From Sphaerodactylus townsendi (taxonomy: Eukaryota), in contig NC_059438.1 of assembly GCF_021028975.2 (NCBI RefSeq), positions 2,976,001 to 3,040,000 of the forward strand: a DNA stretch of 64,000 nucleotides. Reading direction: 5' to 3'. Both the position numbers and the translations under genes were made by a program. Below, piece by piece: positions 23,059 through 36,238 of this stretch; within the stretch, counting starts at the first letter, position 1, and each line of letters opens with the position of its first letter. Below the pieces are notes generated by a model that ran no database searches, was not told where the DNA came from, and worked only from the letters and a program-made list of their open reading frames with translations.

Positions 23059-25567
23059 ATAATAGCTGAATGAATATGACAATTTCCCAAAGCGGAAGAA
23101 CTTTTGGGGGGGCGGGGGAGGGGAGTGTTTTGGATGCCTAGAAGGTATTACTTTCCCGCAAGAAAATGTTGTGCTATCTCGCCTGGTTGTCGGGAGCATG
23201 TAATGCTCCAGTTGCAGATTAAGCTTCTATTTTTGGTGTCTAATTTTTAAATTAGTGCTTTCCATCGAAGCATGTTTACTGCTGTCACAGAAGAACAAGC
23301 TGGGATGTGCACAGGCACATTGAGTGACATATAATTAGAGAAATCTGAGGATGTGCAGTTATGCTTGCTAAATGAGACGATGGCAGCCGCCTCCTTTCCG
23401 GCTCCAAATAAGCTGATGATCTCCCTTGTTGTGTATAGCTTAGTTGACATATTCCTCAATGGTTAGAAACTTGGCCTTCTTTTCATCACTGACGATTCAT
23501 CAATCATAAATAAGTCTCCAAATCTACATTATCTTTCTACTTGGAGGCCCTGCTCTAACAAAATTAGTGACTGCTTTTCATACACATGAGAATTCCCACC
23601 ACAACCTGGGATGCTGTTTGTGTACAAGAAATCAGTAAAACTGTCTTGACCATTCTGTGTTTGGTGTATCATGTTTTACTCAGGGACTACAATGTTTAGT
23701 CAATTAATCAGTTAGATTTGTGAGCTAAAAGACTGTGGGTCAATTAAAAATGTGCCCCCAATTAAATAGGCAACGGGCTTTTTTGTGAGTTCATTATTTT
23801 CAATTCAAGGACCACAGGACAGGTAGAGAGAAATGGACTGGACATGTGTCAAGGCAAGATGTACGATTAGAAGTGGTCATGGTTGAATCAGAAATGATGA
23901 ACTGCCATTCTGGTCACAGCTCTGATGGTATGTCACCTCCAGAGACAAATCACCCTGCCATAGAAAGGCAGAGAGAAAAGACAGTGGAGAATCTGGGGTA
24001 GGGGAAAAGATGTTCATTTCATGCTAGAGGAGCGAAAGTTTATGCAGGTAGAGTGGAGCTTCATGGCCAGAGTGTGTCGAGAACAAAATGGCCAACAGCC
24101 ATACAGTAGCCACAGATAATGCAGAACCTACCCCACAGGCATGGCCATGTGAAGTAACATGGATGGTCCACTGGAGAAACTGTCCAGCAAAGCAAGGAGA
24201 CAGCGTGATATGTTGAGCAGGGTCAAGGACGCCAGGCTCTGACACCCCACTGCTGTCTTCCTGGTCACATGGGGGCCGATTTTGCCCCCCCATGTGACCA
24301 GAAGAGTGGCACCTGGGGGCACGGGATACCCCTTGTCCCTAGGCAAATTTGCCACTGCTTCCAAGATAGTATTAATGCCATCAGTTTTGCCTAAACTTAC
24401 TCAACAGTCAAATTGACTGTGTTTGAGTGTGTTGATCAGATGTGAACAGTCACTTAATCTTTTTGTTTCCCAAAAACCACATGTGCATAAATGCTGCTGT
24501 TCCAAACACATTGGTAGCCATTGATGTTGATAAAGGCTATTTAAATGAAAACCAAATAGTAGGAGTGTTAAAAAAAGCAGCCCTTAATGACTGATTGATG
24601 TAAGTGATTGCTGGAAATGTGTAAATCTAGAAACAAAGAAGGTAATTTATTTGTAAATTTATATAGATGATCAGTTAATTAAAACTCACGATTTACCAGT
24701 TTGCCTTAGTCTTTGCAGAATGGCCAGGTTCCAAAGAAGTGGGAAATTGCTTTAGTAAGTGCAAGGATGAAATTCTGTGCCCAGTTACTTGGCAGTTAAT
24801 TGCCTCATTGATGGAACTTATTGGCAAGTAAACATGCCTAGCAAAGGGCTTCACTGGTCTTTAGATCTATGTTTCTCAAACAGCATCTCTTCATACCATG
24901 TAGGAAACAGTGTTTGAAAAAGTTTGAAAGGCACTTTGCTATATAGCATAGGTGTAATGTTCAAAAAAGAAGCCAAACTTTACACTAAGCTAGTATACAT
25001 TTCTTCCATGTGCATGAAGAGGTCTCTGGATCTCAGCCAGTGCTTTCCTTTCCAAACCATTTATTTTTCAGGTGGTCACATTTCAACATTTTTTTTGCAT
25101 ACAGGTGAGGCAGGCTTTTAATTTGAGTATGTGGTTCTTTGTGTGTTCCTGTGGGCAATGTGCAATGTGTTTGCCCTTCCTTCAAGGAGATCAGTCTACC
25201 CCCCCCACAATAGCTGGATATAAGGTTGAACTCAGGTGAAATTTTAACTCACGGAACAGATGACATTTTTTGCTGACTCCCCCTTTTGTTGTGGACCTCC
25301 AACTTTCCCAAATTCCAGCTCTCCCTTATATTTTTTGTGGTGGTTTTGCTCAAGAGAAGTTTGAGCAGAAGGTAAAGGAAGATGAAATCAAGGAAGCCCT
25401 ACTTCTTTGAAAGAAATCCCTTCTGTCAGCAGATGTTCTAAGCATATTCAACCCATCATTTATTGTAGATCATCAATCCAACTTTCCACCCATCTGTCCA
25501 TTTGTCCACCCACCATCTGTCTGTCTGTGTCTGTCTGTCTGTCTATCCATGCATCCTTCTATCTATA

Positions 25568-26813
25568 TACCGCTATTATTTAACATCTATATGCGACCAC
25601 TTGCTCAGTTGGTGCGGAGCTTTGGGCTGATCTGTCATCAATATGCTGATGACACTCAGCTCATTCTGTTGATGGAGGGGGGGAGCGGTTGCCGCCCCTG
25701 CGGCTCTCCAGCATTGTTTGGAGGCGGTAGCTGGTTGGTTGCAGCAGAGCAGGTTGCAACTGAATCCATCGAAGACGGAGATCCTCTGGCTAGACCGCAG
25801 GGGTGAGGTTAGGGATTTCCAGCCGCCGGTGTGGGAGGGGGTCTCATTGGCGCCGACCCCCTCTGTTCGCAGTCTGGGGGTCCACCTGGATTCGTCTCTC
25901 TCAATGGAGACCCAGGTGGCCCATACAACCCGGACTGCATTTTTCCATCTTCGCCAGGCCCGGCGGTTGGCTCCCTTCCTCTCCCAGGCGGATCTGGCCA
26001 CTGTGATCCATGCAACGGTCACCTCCAGGCTGGACTATTGTAACTTCGCTGTAATGCGCCCGCGCCTTCCCTTGCGCTTGATTCGGAGTTAAAACTGGAC
26101 CAACATCCGGCAGCACGCCTGCTCACAGGAGGCGCCTTCAGAGAACACATCCAGCCTGTGTTGCGCCAGCTGCATTGGCTCCCGGTTGAATTCCGAATCA
26201 TCTTCAAGGTGTGGGTTTTGACCTTTAAGGCTTTGCGCAGCCTGGGACCCTCGTACCTTCGGGACCGCATCACCCCATATGTCCCAACTCGGCCTCTGCG
26301 CTCTGCAGAGGCCAACTTACTGGTGGCCCCCGGCCCCTCTATGATGCAGCTGGCCTCCACGCGGGCCAGGACCTTTTGACACTGGCCTCGCCTGGTGGAA
26401 CACCCTTCCTCCAGCTGTCCGGGCCCTGCGGGACCTGGGTGAGTTCCGCAGGGCCTGTAAGACTGTGTTGTTCCACCGGGCCTTTGGAGTGTCCAGCTGC
26501 TGACATGGTGCCCCCTTACTGCCCTGCCCCTAGGGCAGTTACATCAGGGTCCCCTCATATTGAGGGGTCCTGCCATCCCCCCTCATGGGGGTAGGTTTTA
26601 AATTGGGGTCGGACGCCTTTTATTATGTATTATGGTTTTTTGCTGTTTTATGAGTTTTAAGCTATTCTATGGATTACTATTAATGTTTGTTACCGCTGTT
26701 TTAAAGATTTTAGTGACTTGTTTTACCATGTTTTATGCTGTACACCGCCCAGAGCCCCTAGAGGATGGGGCGGTATAAAAGTTTAATAAATAAATAAAAA
26801 TGAATAAATAAAT
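25568..26813 (+). mobile_element. 5'-truncated L2-clade LINE (RT C-terminal half plus 3' UTR), frameshifted
   Basis: PLLFNIYMRPL...CHQYADDTQL, then LQLNPSKTE, SRLDYCN and LHWLPV in successive frames; (TAAA)n tail at 26784-26813. Confidence 0.93.
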
Positions 26814-27799
26814 ATAGCATCTGTCTCCTTAGTGAACATATTACTTTTCATGTAAAGTTATTTTTCACACTGAATCAAACTGCTTTACATCATAATTTAT
26901 TCCTCATTCCATCTGCACTGTAACTTAGCACAAAAATGGTATTCTAGGATAAACAAATTGATGTTTTTTCTTCTTGAAGAAAGGCCAACACACTTTGGAA
27001 AAGGACTCATGTCACTATTTAAGATTTCTTTCTCGATGGTTGAGAATAATAGAAGGAGAATTGCTCTATTTTGGCATGTCCAAGCTCTGTTGCATGTTGG
27101 GCATCAACAGGCCACAGTATTAATAAAACAAAAATTATGGGACATCCCCCTCCAAACTGACAGAGTGAAGAGCCACTCCACTCTCATAGTGAGGAATAGT
27201 AATAAAAACTTTGTTCTACCAAGTCATTTGTATACTCTGGAGTATCCTAAACAGTTCAAATGCTTTCCATCAGCATTATTGGAAAGAAGACACACCTTAT
27301 GATTTTCATCACTGTCCATGCCAGTCAGGAATGATACAAACCATTGAACATGTCTTTTTGTATTGCAGTTTCTTTCAAGAAATTTGAACTCAGTACAACT
27401 CTACAATTTTGTCTAAATACCCAGGCTAAATAAACCACTTTTGTATCTCCTTGGCAATAGCTCCAATGAAACTGCTTTACAATAGCAAGATTCGGTGCTA
27501 TATTACTAAGGCAGAAAATTGTGGTTTAGTTTTAACAATCCAGCATTTTATTTTGTATTTTAAGCATTGCATATTATATGTATTGAGTATTGTTTCATAT
27601 GATCATAGTGCATATCATGGCTATGCTTGTTTGCTGATCTTGGATCATAGTAGACATTGTGTATACTTGCAACTTAACATTTCTTTTGATCCATTTGTTC
27701 TATTGCACAAGGAGCCTTCGAAATTCTGACACTTCATGGCTGTGTAATGTGTTTGCCAAGGATTTTGTTTGGTTGTAAAGGCTATTTACCAATAGATGT

Positions 27800-28090
27800 T
27801 CACCACGGCAGATTCGATAAACCCTTCTGAACTTATGTCTTTGCCCCTGAGGCCTTGCTATGGTGGAAAATCTTATTCATTATTTGTTATATTGTCCAAT
27901 ATATCCAGCCAACCAGACCAAAATGAATCAGGCCTTGATAGACTTCTCTGAATCTGATGAAGATCATATTGATTTTCTTATGTTCAGTGTTAATTCAACA
28001 ATTGCCTGTATAGCTGCAACTTTTACACTTTTGTCAATTAGGTTAAAGAGGAAATTTATTTCTGCTAATCCAGAGGGAACAGTAAATTAA
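27800..28090 (+). mobile_element. Non-LTR retrotransposon ORF2 C-terminal zinc-knuckle relic (RTE-X-like)
   Basis: GRFDKP...LCP*G..MVENLIHYLLYCPIY; same motif type as the 52050 relic. Confidence 0.6.
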
Positions 28091-29407
28091 TAATATATGT
28101 TTATCTTTCTATTGGACTATGTTAAGATATTTTAGATTTTATATCACACATTTCCTTTTTCGGCTGAGTGCTGTTGTGAAGGTATGATACATTGTGATTT
28201 TAAAGAATTTTTATGTATTGTTTTAACTGTGTGCATATGTGTGTAAAGTTACAGCCTATGACTTCAACATAATAAACCTATGCACGTATAAAGACTATAC
28301 TTCTATTTGGGGTAAAAACAGGACCATGGACAGCTCTCATGAACCTATGCTCAAGTACAGACCCAACCTGATCTTCCATTTCTCTTACAGATCAATGCGA
28401 AAAAAGGTGATAATGAATATGTATAAAAACTGTTTCAAAGCAATTCTCTTCTCTTGAGAAAGCAGAGGATGTTTGCTGTCTGAGAACATAAAAAAGAAAA
28501 CAAAAAGAAATCTGTGAAGTTTATTTTTGTCCTGTTTATTTCTGAGAAAGTAGCAAGTTACATTACAAAGAGTTTTCAAATAATACATCTTTAATCAAAA
28601 ATCTTTCAGCAAGTAAACACAAGGGTATATGAGTACTAAGAAAACAGGTGCGGAAGAATAATTGCCGAAATGACCCCTGTCATTAGGAGTGAAGAATATA
28701 ATATATTAAGTAGTCTGAACAGAACCAGCATGATTAAGTTTGCATTTACATGTCACTGAGTGCTGAGCAGCTCCATTCAATAGGCTGTGTGTCTTGCCAT
28801 GACACCACAGCTGTGCCGGCTTGCCACCTTGAAGGAGGCTCTCCTGCAGTGTGGGGAGGCTTAAAGGGAAGCCCCATTGGACTGAATAGATGAATCCACT
28901 GGTAAGAGCAAGGTGAAGTTGCACTGGTGGATTTGCCCTCCTTGGATCACTTGCCCAAGTGGAGGTGCAAATCTGTGGTCCTTCTCATTGGTGGGATGGG
29001 ATATGGTGTGGGATCCTGAGCCAGCATCACTCTGCTCCTGCATAGTGAGGGTTGCCTGGGGGTGTAGCTGAGGCAGAAGCCAACATTAGTTAGCTGGTTG
29101 CACTGGTGACCAGGGCTGCAGACTTTTATCAGCTCCTTCTCTAGCCTGCTGCAGATTCACTTCTCTGCTGGGGTAAGTGCCCCAAAGAGGGCAACTCCAC
29201 AAGTGTGGCTACACCCCACTCTCACCAGCAGATTCACCTTCCCCAGATGGTGCTGTCCATCACAAAATGGTCAGTTAAATCTAGGTACTATCTTGGTCTG
29301 ACAGGATCAGACTTTACTATGCCACCTTCCCTCCACTTCCTGAACAATAATACCCCTCCCAAACACAAAGTTATGCTCAGGGGATTTCCACCAGCTGCAG
29401 CAGCAGG

Positions 29408-29731
29408 TTGGATCTGTACTTGGTTTTTATACCCTACTTTTTTCTCCTGTAAGGAGTCTCAAAGCGAAATAAAAACCCTTTCCTTCCTCTCCCCACAACA
29501 GATGTCTTGGGAGGTAAGTGAGGCTGAAAGAGTTCTGAGAGAGTTGTGACCAGCCCAAGGTTACCCAACCAGGCTTCATGTGGAGGACCAGGGAAACAAA
29601 TCCAGTTCACCAGCTGAGACTCTGCCCCTCATGTGCAGGAGTGGGAAAGCAAACTCAGTTCTCCAGATTAAAGTACACCACTGTTAAACCACTACCGCTC
29701 TTAACCACTGGTTCTTACTACACCACACTGG
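29408..29731 (-). mobile_element. Squam3-type SINE
   Basis: CCCAAGGTTACCC core, TCTCCAGATTA, CTCTTAACCACT, ACTACACCACACTGG. Confidence 0.85.
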
Positions 29732-30678
29732 GACCATGCAACTCTCGCTTAGTTTTATACATGAGCACAGAAGAAGAAAGGCTGTGCTATATGCATCAGC
29801 ATGAGCAAGTGATACGGTTCCAACTACTTATACATTATTTTTTTTGCACGGAAACGAGGCCCCATTTTTTGCACTTTGAATGTTAGCACTTTAGAACTGG
29901 ATTGCTCACTTATTGGCATGATCTTCTCATCATCATTTCACCCCCTCTATAACCAGAGAGTCTTTTGCATCATTAGCACTAGGAGACATCCAGCTTTTCA
30001 ACCACCTATGGTTAAGAGCTATCATGCATATCACATTTAATTAGAAAGCATTTTTTTATATATTTGGAGAGACACCTAATTTAAATCAGTTTTGTCAGTT
30101 TCATTTGGGGTTTGCTTATCTTCAGTTTTGTGGCAACGGTGAAGATATCTGTCTAATTCAATCCAGTTTCTCCTGGGAAAGGAATTAGCTCCCCGAGTAC
30201 AATGCTGGAATGTATGCTGACAATTATGAGCAATCATTCTAGAAGAAGCAAATGGCATGGCTGATGGTCCATCAGCCTCTGTAATGGCTGCATAACCCTT
30301 TCATAGTGTAGAATTAGAAGTCTCCAGGACTGTATTAATTCCTATCTTTTGGAAGGATCACTTGGCTGAAAACTTTTTCCCCAGTTTACCTTTTTTTTGT
30401 CACTTCAGTATCATTGGCTTTTCCCTCCCCTCTACAGTAATCTAATTAGATATATTTCAATTAATAGCATTAATGGGACAGATGTTGTTATATGATATAA
30501 AGCTCTCTTTTTGTCAAGCAAATTAGTTTTCATTTGCAAGCTTTCACAACAATGGTATCGTAATTAAAGCAAACTGTGACATTGAAGAGGAGTTTTTTTC
30601 CTTATGCTAACACACATTTCTTCTGTTCACGTGTAGTAAGTTTATTTATAATGCAGATGAGCATCATAAGTAATTACT

Positions 30679-30893
30679 ATACTCTGTCCGATCAAAAGAT
30701 CTCAGGAGATTTGTGAATTGATCTGCCATTTCCTGAACTGTCTATGTTCTAGCGTGCTCTGCTTACCTAGTGCTTACCTAGTGCTGTCCACAAGGAACTA
30801 GAATCCAAGCAGAGCATTCTAGAACAAAGATGGTCCCAAAAAATGGTGGATGAATTCACAAATCTCCTGAGATTCTTTGTTAGTACAAAGTAT
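30679..30893. repeat. Old ~215-bp inverted repeat
   Basis: Arms 30679-30764 and 30807-30893 pair, including an exact 21-bp core ATCTCAGGAGATTTGTGAATT. Confidence 0.9.
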
Positions 30894-31298
30894 CGTTTTA
30901 TCTAATTCTTGCAAAATGTCACCAATCCCCCTCCCTCTTGCAGATATAATATGGATCCCTATTTCATTTTGTTGACTATCATCTTAGTTGGTCTTCTGAG
31001 TGTGTGTGTGTATACATGGATATATAGTGGCAAACAAGGAGCATATTATGCATACGAGCTTGCAGAATATTGGCCGGCCCACCTGCTGTTTTGTTGCAAA
31101 CCTATTGCCCCTGAGTTGATGGCATGTGCAGCCATGTAATCCAATGGCATTTGCAGCCATGTAATTCAATCAGGAATGTTGGTTGAATAATTCTCTCAAT
31201 CGGGTGGCAGCTGGAATTTACTGACCAGCCATTCTGTAGCAAAATGCTCTCACCATATGTCCAGCATGTAGAAAACTGACACAAAAAGTATGAACAAA

Positions 31299-31760
31299 GA
31301 TTTACTTATTTTGCAAAACTTAGACGCCACCTTTCTGCCCTTCGTGGGGGCATCCAAGGCAGCTGATGAATGAAAAAACATCCACAATAGAACCACATCT
31401 GAAAAACTATTAAAATCAACAAATACATAATTTAAGCAGAGCTAAAATAAACATACAAGAGCAAAACAAATCAAATCAAAATGAAAGCAGTTTAAAAGAA
31501 ACTCAGCAGGAAGGAGGGACCACTGAGGGAATGCTTTACTTGCAGTGGAAGATGGCAACCAAAGAGGACAAATGACACTCCCTAGGGAAAGAGTTATAGA
31601 GTTGTGGTGCCATAACTGAGACAGTCTTCTCAGAGATGCCACCAGCTTTATCTCAGAAAGCAGGGACACCCAAAGCAAGGTCTTGGAAGATGACCTGCAG
31701 TGGTCAGATAGGTTTATAAGGGAGTAAGTGATCCTTCAGGTATGATGGTCTAAAACTGGT
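31299..31760 (-). mobile_element. Old L2 3' end
   Basis: ATTT-rich tail with GCCACCTTTCT...CCAAGGCAGCT; body similar to 58460-58660. Confidence 0.65.
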
Positions 31761-32130
31761 GCAAACACGGTCCTATGCTGTGGAGATACCCAATGGCCAT
31801 AACCCAGCTGGGACAATTGCATTGTACCCAGTCACCAGCTGTTGAAAATCACTGCCATTCTGTAATTTCAATGGAGTTTTGACAGTCTACAGCAAGGGAG
31901 GCTGAACAGCCTAAAAGGGATCATTGAATGGAACTCGACATATGCATGAACATCATGATGAAATACACAATGCAGAGAGTGCTTCATTGTTCTCAGTGCT
32001 CATTAGTTTAGCTTTTTAAAATAACATTCTTTCAGGCTCTAGCTACAGAGTTCTGGAATTCTTCTATTGTTTTTAAACCCAAAGCAGTAAGTGGCAGATT
32101 GTGAGTGAACTGATAAAGAAGACTGTGGAA

Positions 32131-32620
32131 AGAGCCAGCATAGTGTAGTGATTAAGAATGATGGACTCTAACCCAATGAAAGGGGTTTGATTCTCCACTC
32201 CTCCATATAAATGGCAGACTCTTATCTGGTTAACTGAGGCTCATTCCGCACACGCAGAATAATGCACTTTCAAGCTGCTTTCAGGGCTCTTTGAAGCTGT
32301 GCGGAATGGCAAAAACAGTTGTGAAAGCAGCTTGAAAGTGCATTATTTTGCGTGTGCGGAATGAGCCTGAGTTTATTTTCCCCACTCCTCCAGAAGAAGC
32401 CTGCTGGGTAACCTTGGGCTGTCACAGTTCTCTTTGAGTGCCCCACCTTCTTCACAAGGTGTGGGGAGAGGAAGGAAAGGTGACTGTAGGCCCCACTGGG
32501 ACACCTTACAGGAGAAAAACAACAACTTTTTTTCCTGTTGCTGCAACTGGTGGAAACTGCCCTGAACCCAACTTTGTGTCTGGGGAGGGTGGGATATAAA
32601 TTGAATAAAATAAAAAATAA
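32131..32620 (+). mobile_element. Squam3-type SINE interrupted by a MITE
   Basis: AGAGCCAGCATAGTGTAGTG head; the SINE resumes after 32367. Confidence 0.85.
32238..32367. mobile_element. 130-bp Harbinger-type MITE, family C
   Basis: TIR GGCTCATTCCGCACACGCA; TSD TGA. Confidence 0.93.
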
Positions 32621-34579
32621 AATAAGCTGCTTGTCTATTTCTAAACAGAAAATCACTCTTTTCATGCTGCTCTTTCATTTCTGGGCCTGATGATGTAGAA
32701 AGGCTCCTTGGAAGATGTGATTTTGAAAAGAGAAGAGCCAGAAGGGTAAGTAGAAAGCACCCTTTCTCTATTCACTGTAGTCCTGTTCACATGTCACAAT
32801 GACGGCAAATACCTGAACATCTGTTTGTAAGGAAGAACCAAAGCTTCCTCCCTTTGCGAATGGAAATAGGGACCATTACCTTGGACAAATGTGGAGTTTG
32901 TATGACATGCATCGCTGTCCATGGATTGGCTGTCATGGGAATTACTCCACACGTATACAAAAAACAATCAAGCTTACACTGGGCACAAATTGTATGTGCG
33001 TTCGCTGTCACTTGCAAACAGGGCTACTGTCTGACTGCGCAAGCTGGTCCATATTGAAAAGAAAGCGACAGACAGAATGGATAGCAGAACTTAGCATCAT
33101 GCTGAGAGCAAGCCTTTGTCTTCGACATCTGCAAAGACAATCGTGGGATTTGTGTTCCCTTATTTAAGCTGGAGCTTTCAACAATCCATACCAGTGACAA
33201 GGATTAATACAAAGTGGCATTTTCGACTCTACACTGCAGAGGGGGTGGTGGGAAATGTCTGTTTGGGAAAAATTAGTCGTATGCAGAGGGACCTATTAAA
33301 AGGGGCTCACTAGTCAAGTCTTTGTTCTGAGCTTGTGTGACTTGAAATCCAGTGCAGGCCTGTCAGCATTTGTTTAGCTAATGATTCTAACTTGTTAAAA
33401 TTTTAACCATGGCTCCTTTTGTTGTGCTTCAAAGGGTTCATCATCAGGCTCTTTTTATTAATTTGTCTCTTATGCTTCTTTTTTTAATTAAAATGAGTTA
33501 TTTATTTAATTAGGTTATTTGGACAGTGATTTGACAATATTCTACTCTTTGTATTTGTACATACACCCACCCAACACACGAACAGATTTTTTAAAAAATT
33601 AATTCCCCCCACGAAACTTGCAGTTCTATGCAAATATGCACACAGCTGCAATGGCTTCTCTTTAAAAAAAAATAAAGCATTTGGGTTGGAGCCCCTGGGG
33701 GCCTTGCTCTGGAGGAATGAGACTCATTTAGAAGAGGGCAGTCATCTGGTGCAATCTTTTTTTTTTGTCCTGTGCTATAAGGCCTTGCTCATACAAGCAG
33801 CAGAATCTAGAAATAAACATTTGCCTGGACAATATGGCTTTTGATATTTGCTCCCACAATAGACAACAAAACTGGAGGTGGATCCCATGTTTTCTTCTCA
33901 CTCCCCTCCCCCCAAAAACCTGAGGGTGGGTGATCCTCTGAATTTTAATGCTTTTTTTGTTCCTGTTCTGTGCCTTTGATTTTTTTGTTTGGTATTTAAT
34001 GCTTTCCAGTTGCTTGCAATGTCTCCTGAGTGGTATCAACTCATCCATTAATCTGAAAAAAAAATGTATGTGGGAATCCCAAGCTGACTGCAAAGGGACT
34101 GCCTTTAAATCCAACATATCAAAACAGAGGGATTAATCCTTTTGGATTTATTTATTCATTTTTAAATTAAAACCATGGAATAAACGTTGGGATAATAATT
34201 TTGAGTAAGCAGTCACATAAAAGACTGCTCAGACAGCAGAAATACAGGTCAGGGAAAAATGCTACCTAATCCTATGATTTTCAACATCTAGAATCTATAC
34301 TGATATCTGGGAGTCTTTTTTTTAAAAAAAAAGAGGTTTGACTCTATGTAAAACATATTTGGCAACTGCAATTTTACCCCGCAGATTGGCAGCCCCATCC
34401 AGAGTGGCCCAGTGGGCGAGGACAGTTCCAGTCTGGTACCACACCACTCCCTTCAACTGGCTTTCCTATGGTGTGGGAAGCCTAACAAGGTTTTTTTTTA
34501 AATGCCAAAAAAATCTCCCATTGGGCAAAATAGAGATATGTCATGAAAATTGTAGCATATCTCCACTGGTGGTTCTGCC

Positions 34580-35207
34580 AACATATATAAAGCAGTGGTG
34601 CGACCGCACTTGGAGTACTGTGTTCAGTTCTGGTCACCACATCTCAAAAAGGATATTGAAGAGATAGAAAAAGTGCAGAGAAGGGCAACGAGGATGATTG
34701 AGGGACTGGAGCACCTTCCTTATGAGGAGAGGCTGCAGCGTTTGGGACTCTTTAGTTTGGAGAGGAGACGGCTGAGGGGGGATATGATTGAAGTCTATAA
34801 AATTATGCTATACTAGAACCAAGGGGCATACATTGAAAATGCTGGGGGGGGGGGGAAGAATTAGGACTAATAAAAGGAAACACTTCTTCACGCAACGTGT
34901 GATTGGTGTTTGGAATATGCTGCCACAGGAGGTGGTGATGGCCACTAACCTGGATAGCTTTAAAAGGGGCTTGGACAGATTTATGGAGGAGAAGTCGATT
35001 TATGGCTACCAATCTTGATCCTCTTTGCTCTGAGACTGCAAATGCCTTAACAGTCCAGGTGCTCAGGAGCAACAGCCGCAGAAGGCCATTGCTTTCACAT
35101 CCTGCATGTGATCTCCCAATGGCACCTGGTGGGCCACTGCAAGTAGCAGAGAGCTGGACTAGATGGACTCTGGTCTGATCCAGCTGACTTGTTCTTATGT
35201 TCTTATG
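34580..35207 (+). mobile_element. CR1 LINE 3' end (ORF2 C-terminus plus UTR)
   Basis: [14 protein letters not shown]...[16 protein letters not shown] and FFTQRVIGVWNMLP; small deletion near 34808; (TTCTTATG)n tail. Confidence 0.95.
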
Positions 35208-36090
35208 CTTCCAAGCATGCCAGCACAGCCTGGGTGACATTTTGCACCAGTGGGCCTGGGTGATGGAACCAGTTCTGGGTTGGACACTGTGGAGTCACGG
35301 AGGTAAGTTGCCCATCTGCCAGCACATTTGCCCCTTTAACTGGGAGAATGGGCACTCACAGTAGAGCAGGGGTGCCCCGGTTCCAGAGGAAGATTTGGCC
35401 CTACCCCTCTGATTTGGGCTGTCAAGCCAACGAAGTCCATGTAGAATATGTGAAATTATTTTACATCTGTAGTGCTCTGAGAATTAATTGCATCAAATAT
35501 ATATTTACAGTAGATCATGCTGTGGCTCAGTTTGCTCTGGCCTCATTAACTTCTAATGAGACATAGCACGTGACTGGTTCATGGCAAATCTGGTCAGTCA
35601 ATCCGGAGAAGGTGGCAGGGTGCTCTTTTCATTTGGCAGAAGGATTTATAAGTTACGTTACAAACAACAGATGGGGAATAACAGAGGTCAGAAAGCCCGG
35701 GACAGTGTTTCCCAAGACACGTATATGATATAATATTGACTTTCAAAACACAGAGGGAAAGATGATCTTCTCAACGAATTAGCAAAGTAGGATCAGTCTA
35801 AATGTTGAATTAGCAAAGTAGGATCAATCTAAGTAAATCTGGAAAGAGAAACAATTACAGCGAGCTAACTATTCCAACTCTCCATTGATTCAAATTCTGA
35901 TGGGATAAAGTATAGATATAAATTCTAGCACAGCAGAGTACTCTCTGAAATTCTTCTACTCTGGTTTTTGAAGCATCTATTCTCTCTCTGAACTCTGGTA
36001 TGTGACTGGCTCAAGGTGCCCCAATCAGCTTCCATGGCAGCACATGGGCTCAAACTTTCCAGGATAGTGATATCTAACATAAACTAGATC

Positions 36091-36093
36091 ACA

Positions 36094-36165
<72 letters not shown>
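36091..36165. repeat. (CACG)n tetranucleotide microsatellite
   Basis: About 18 perfect units. Confidence 0.98.
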
Positions 36166-36238
36166 TTTTCAGGGAAACAGACCAGTTGGTTCTTTTTACA
36201 CTGCAATGCTAAACCAATTGTTATCTGTTCTTGACCTG

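Noticed and set aside
25549-26379. Reverse transcriptase as a retron, DGR or host gene
   Set aside because: Frameshifted, 5'-truncated and ending in an L2 tail; an ordinary LINE relic.
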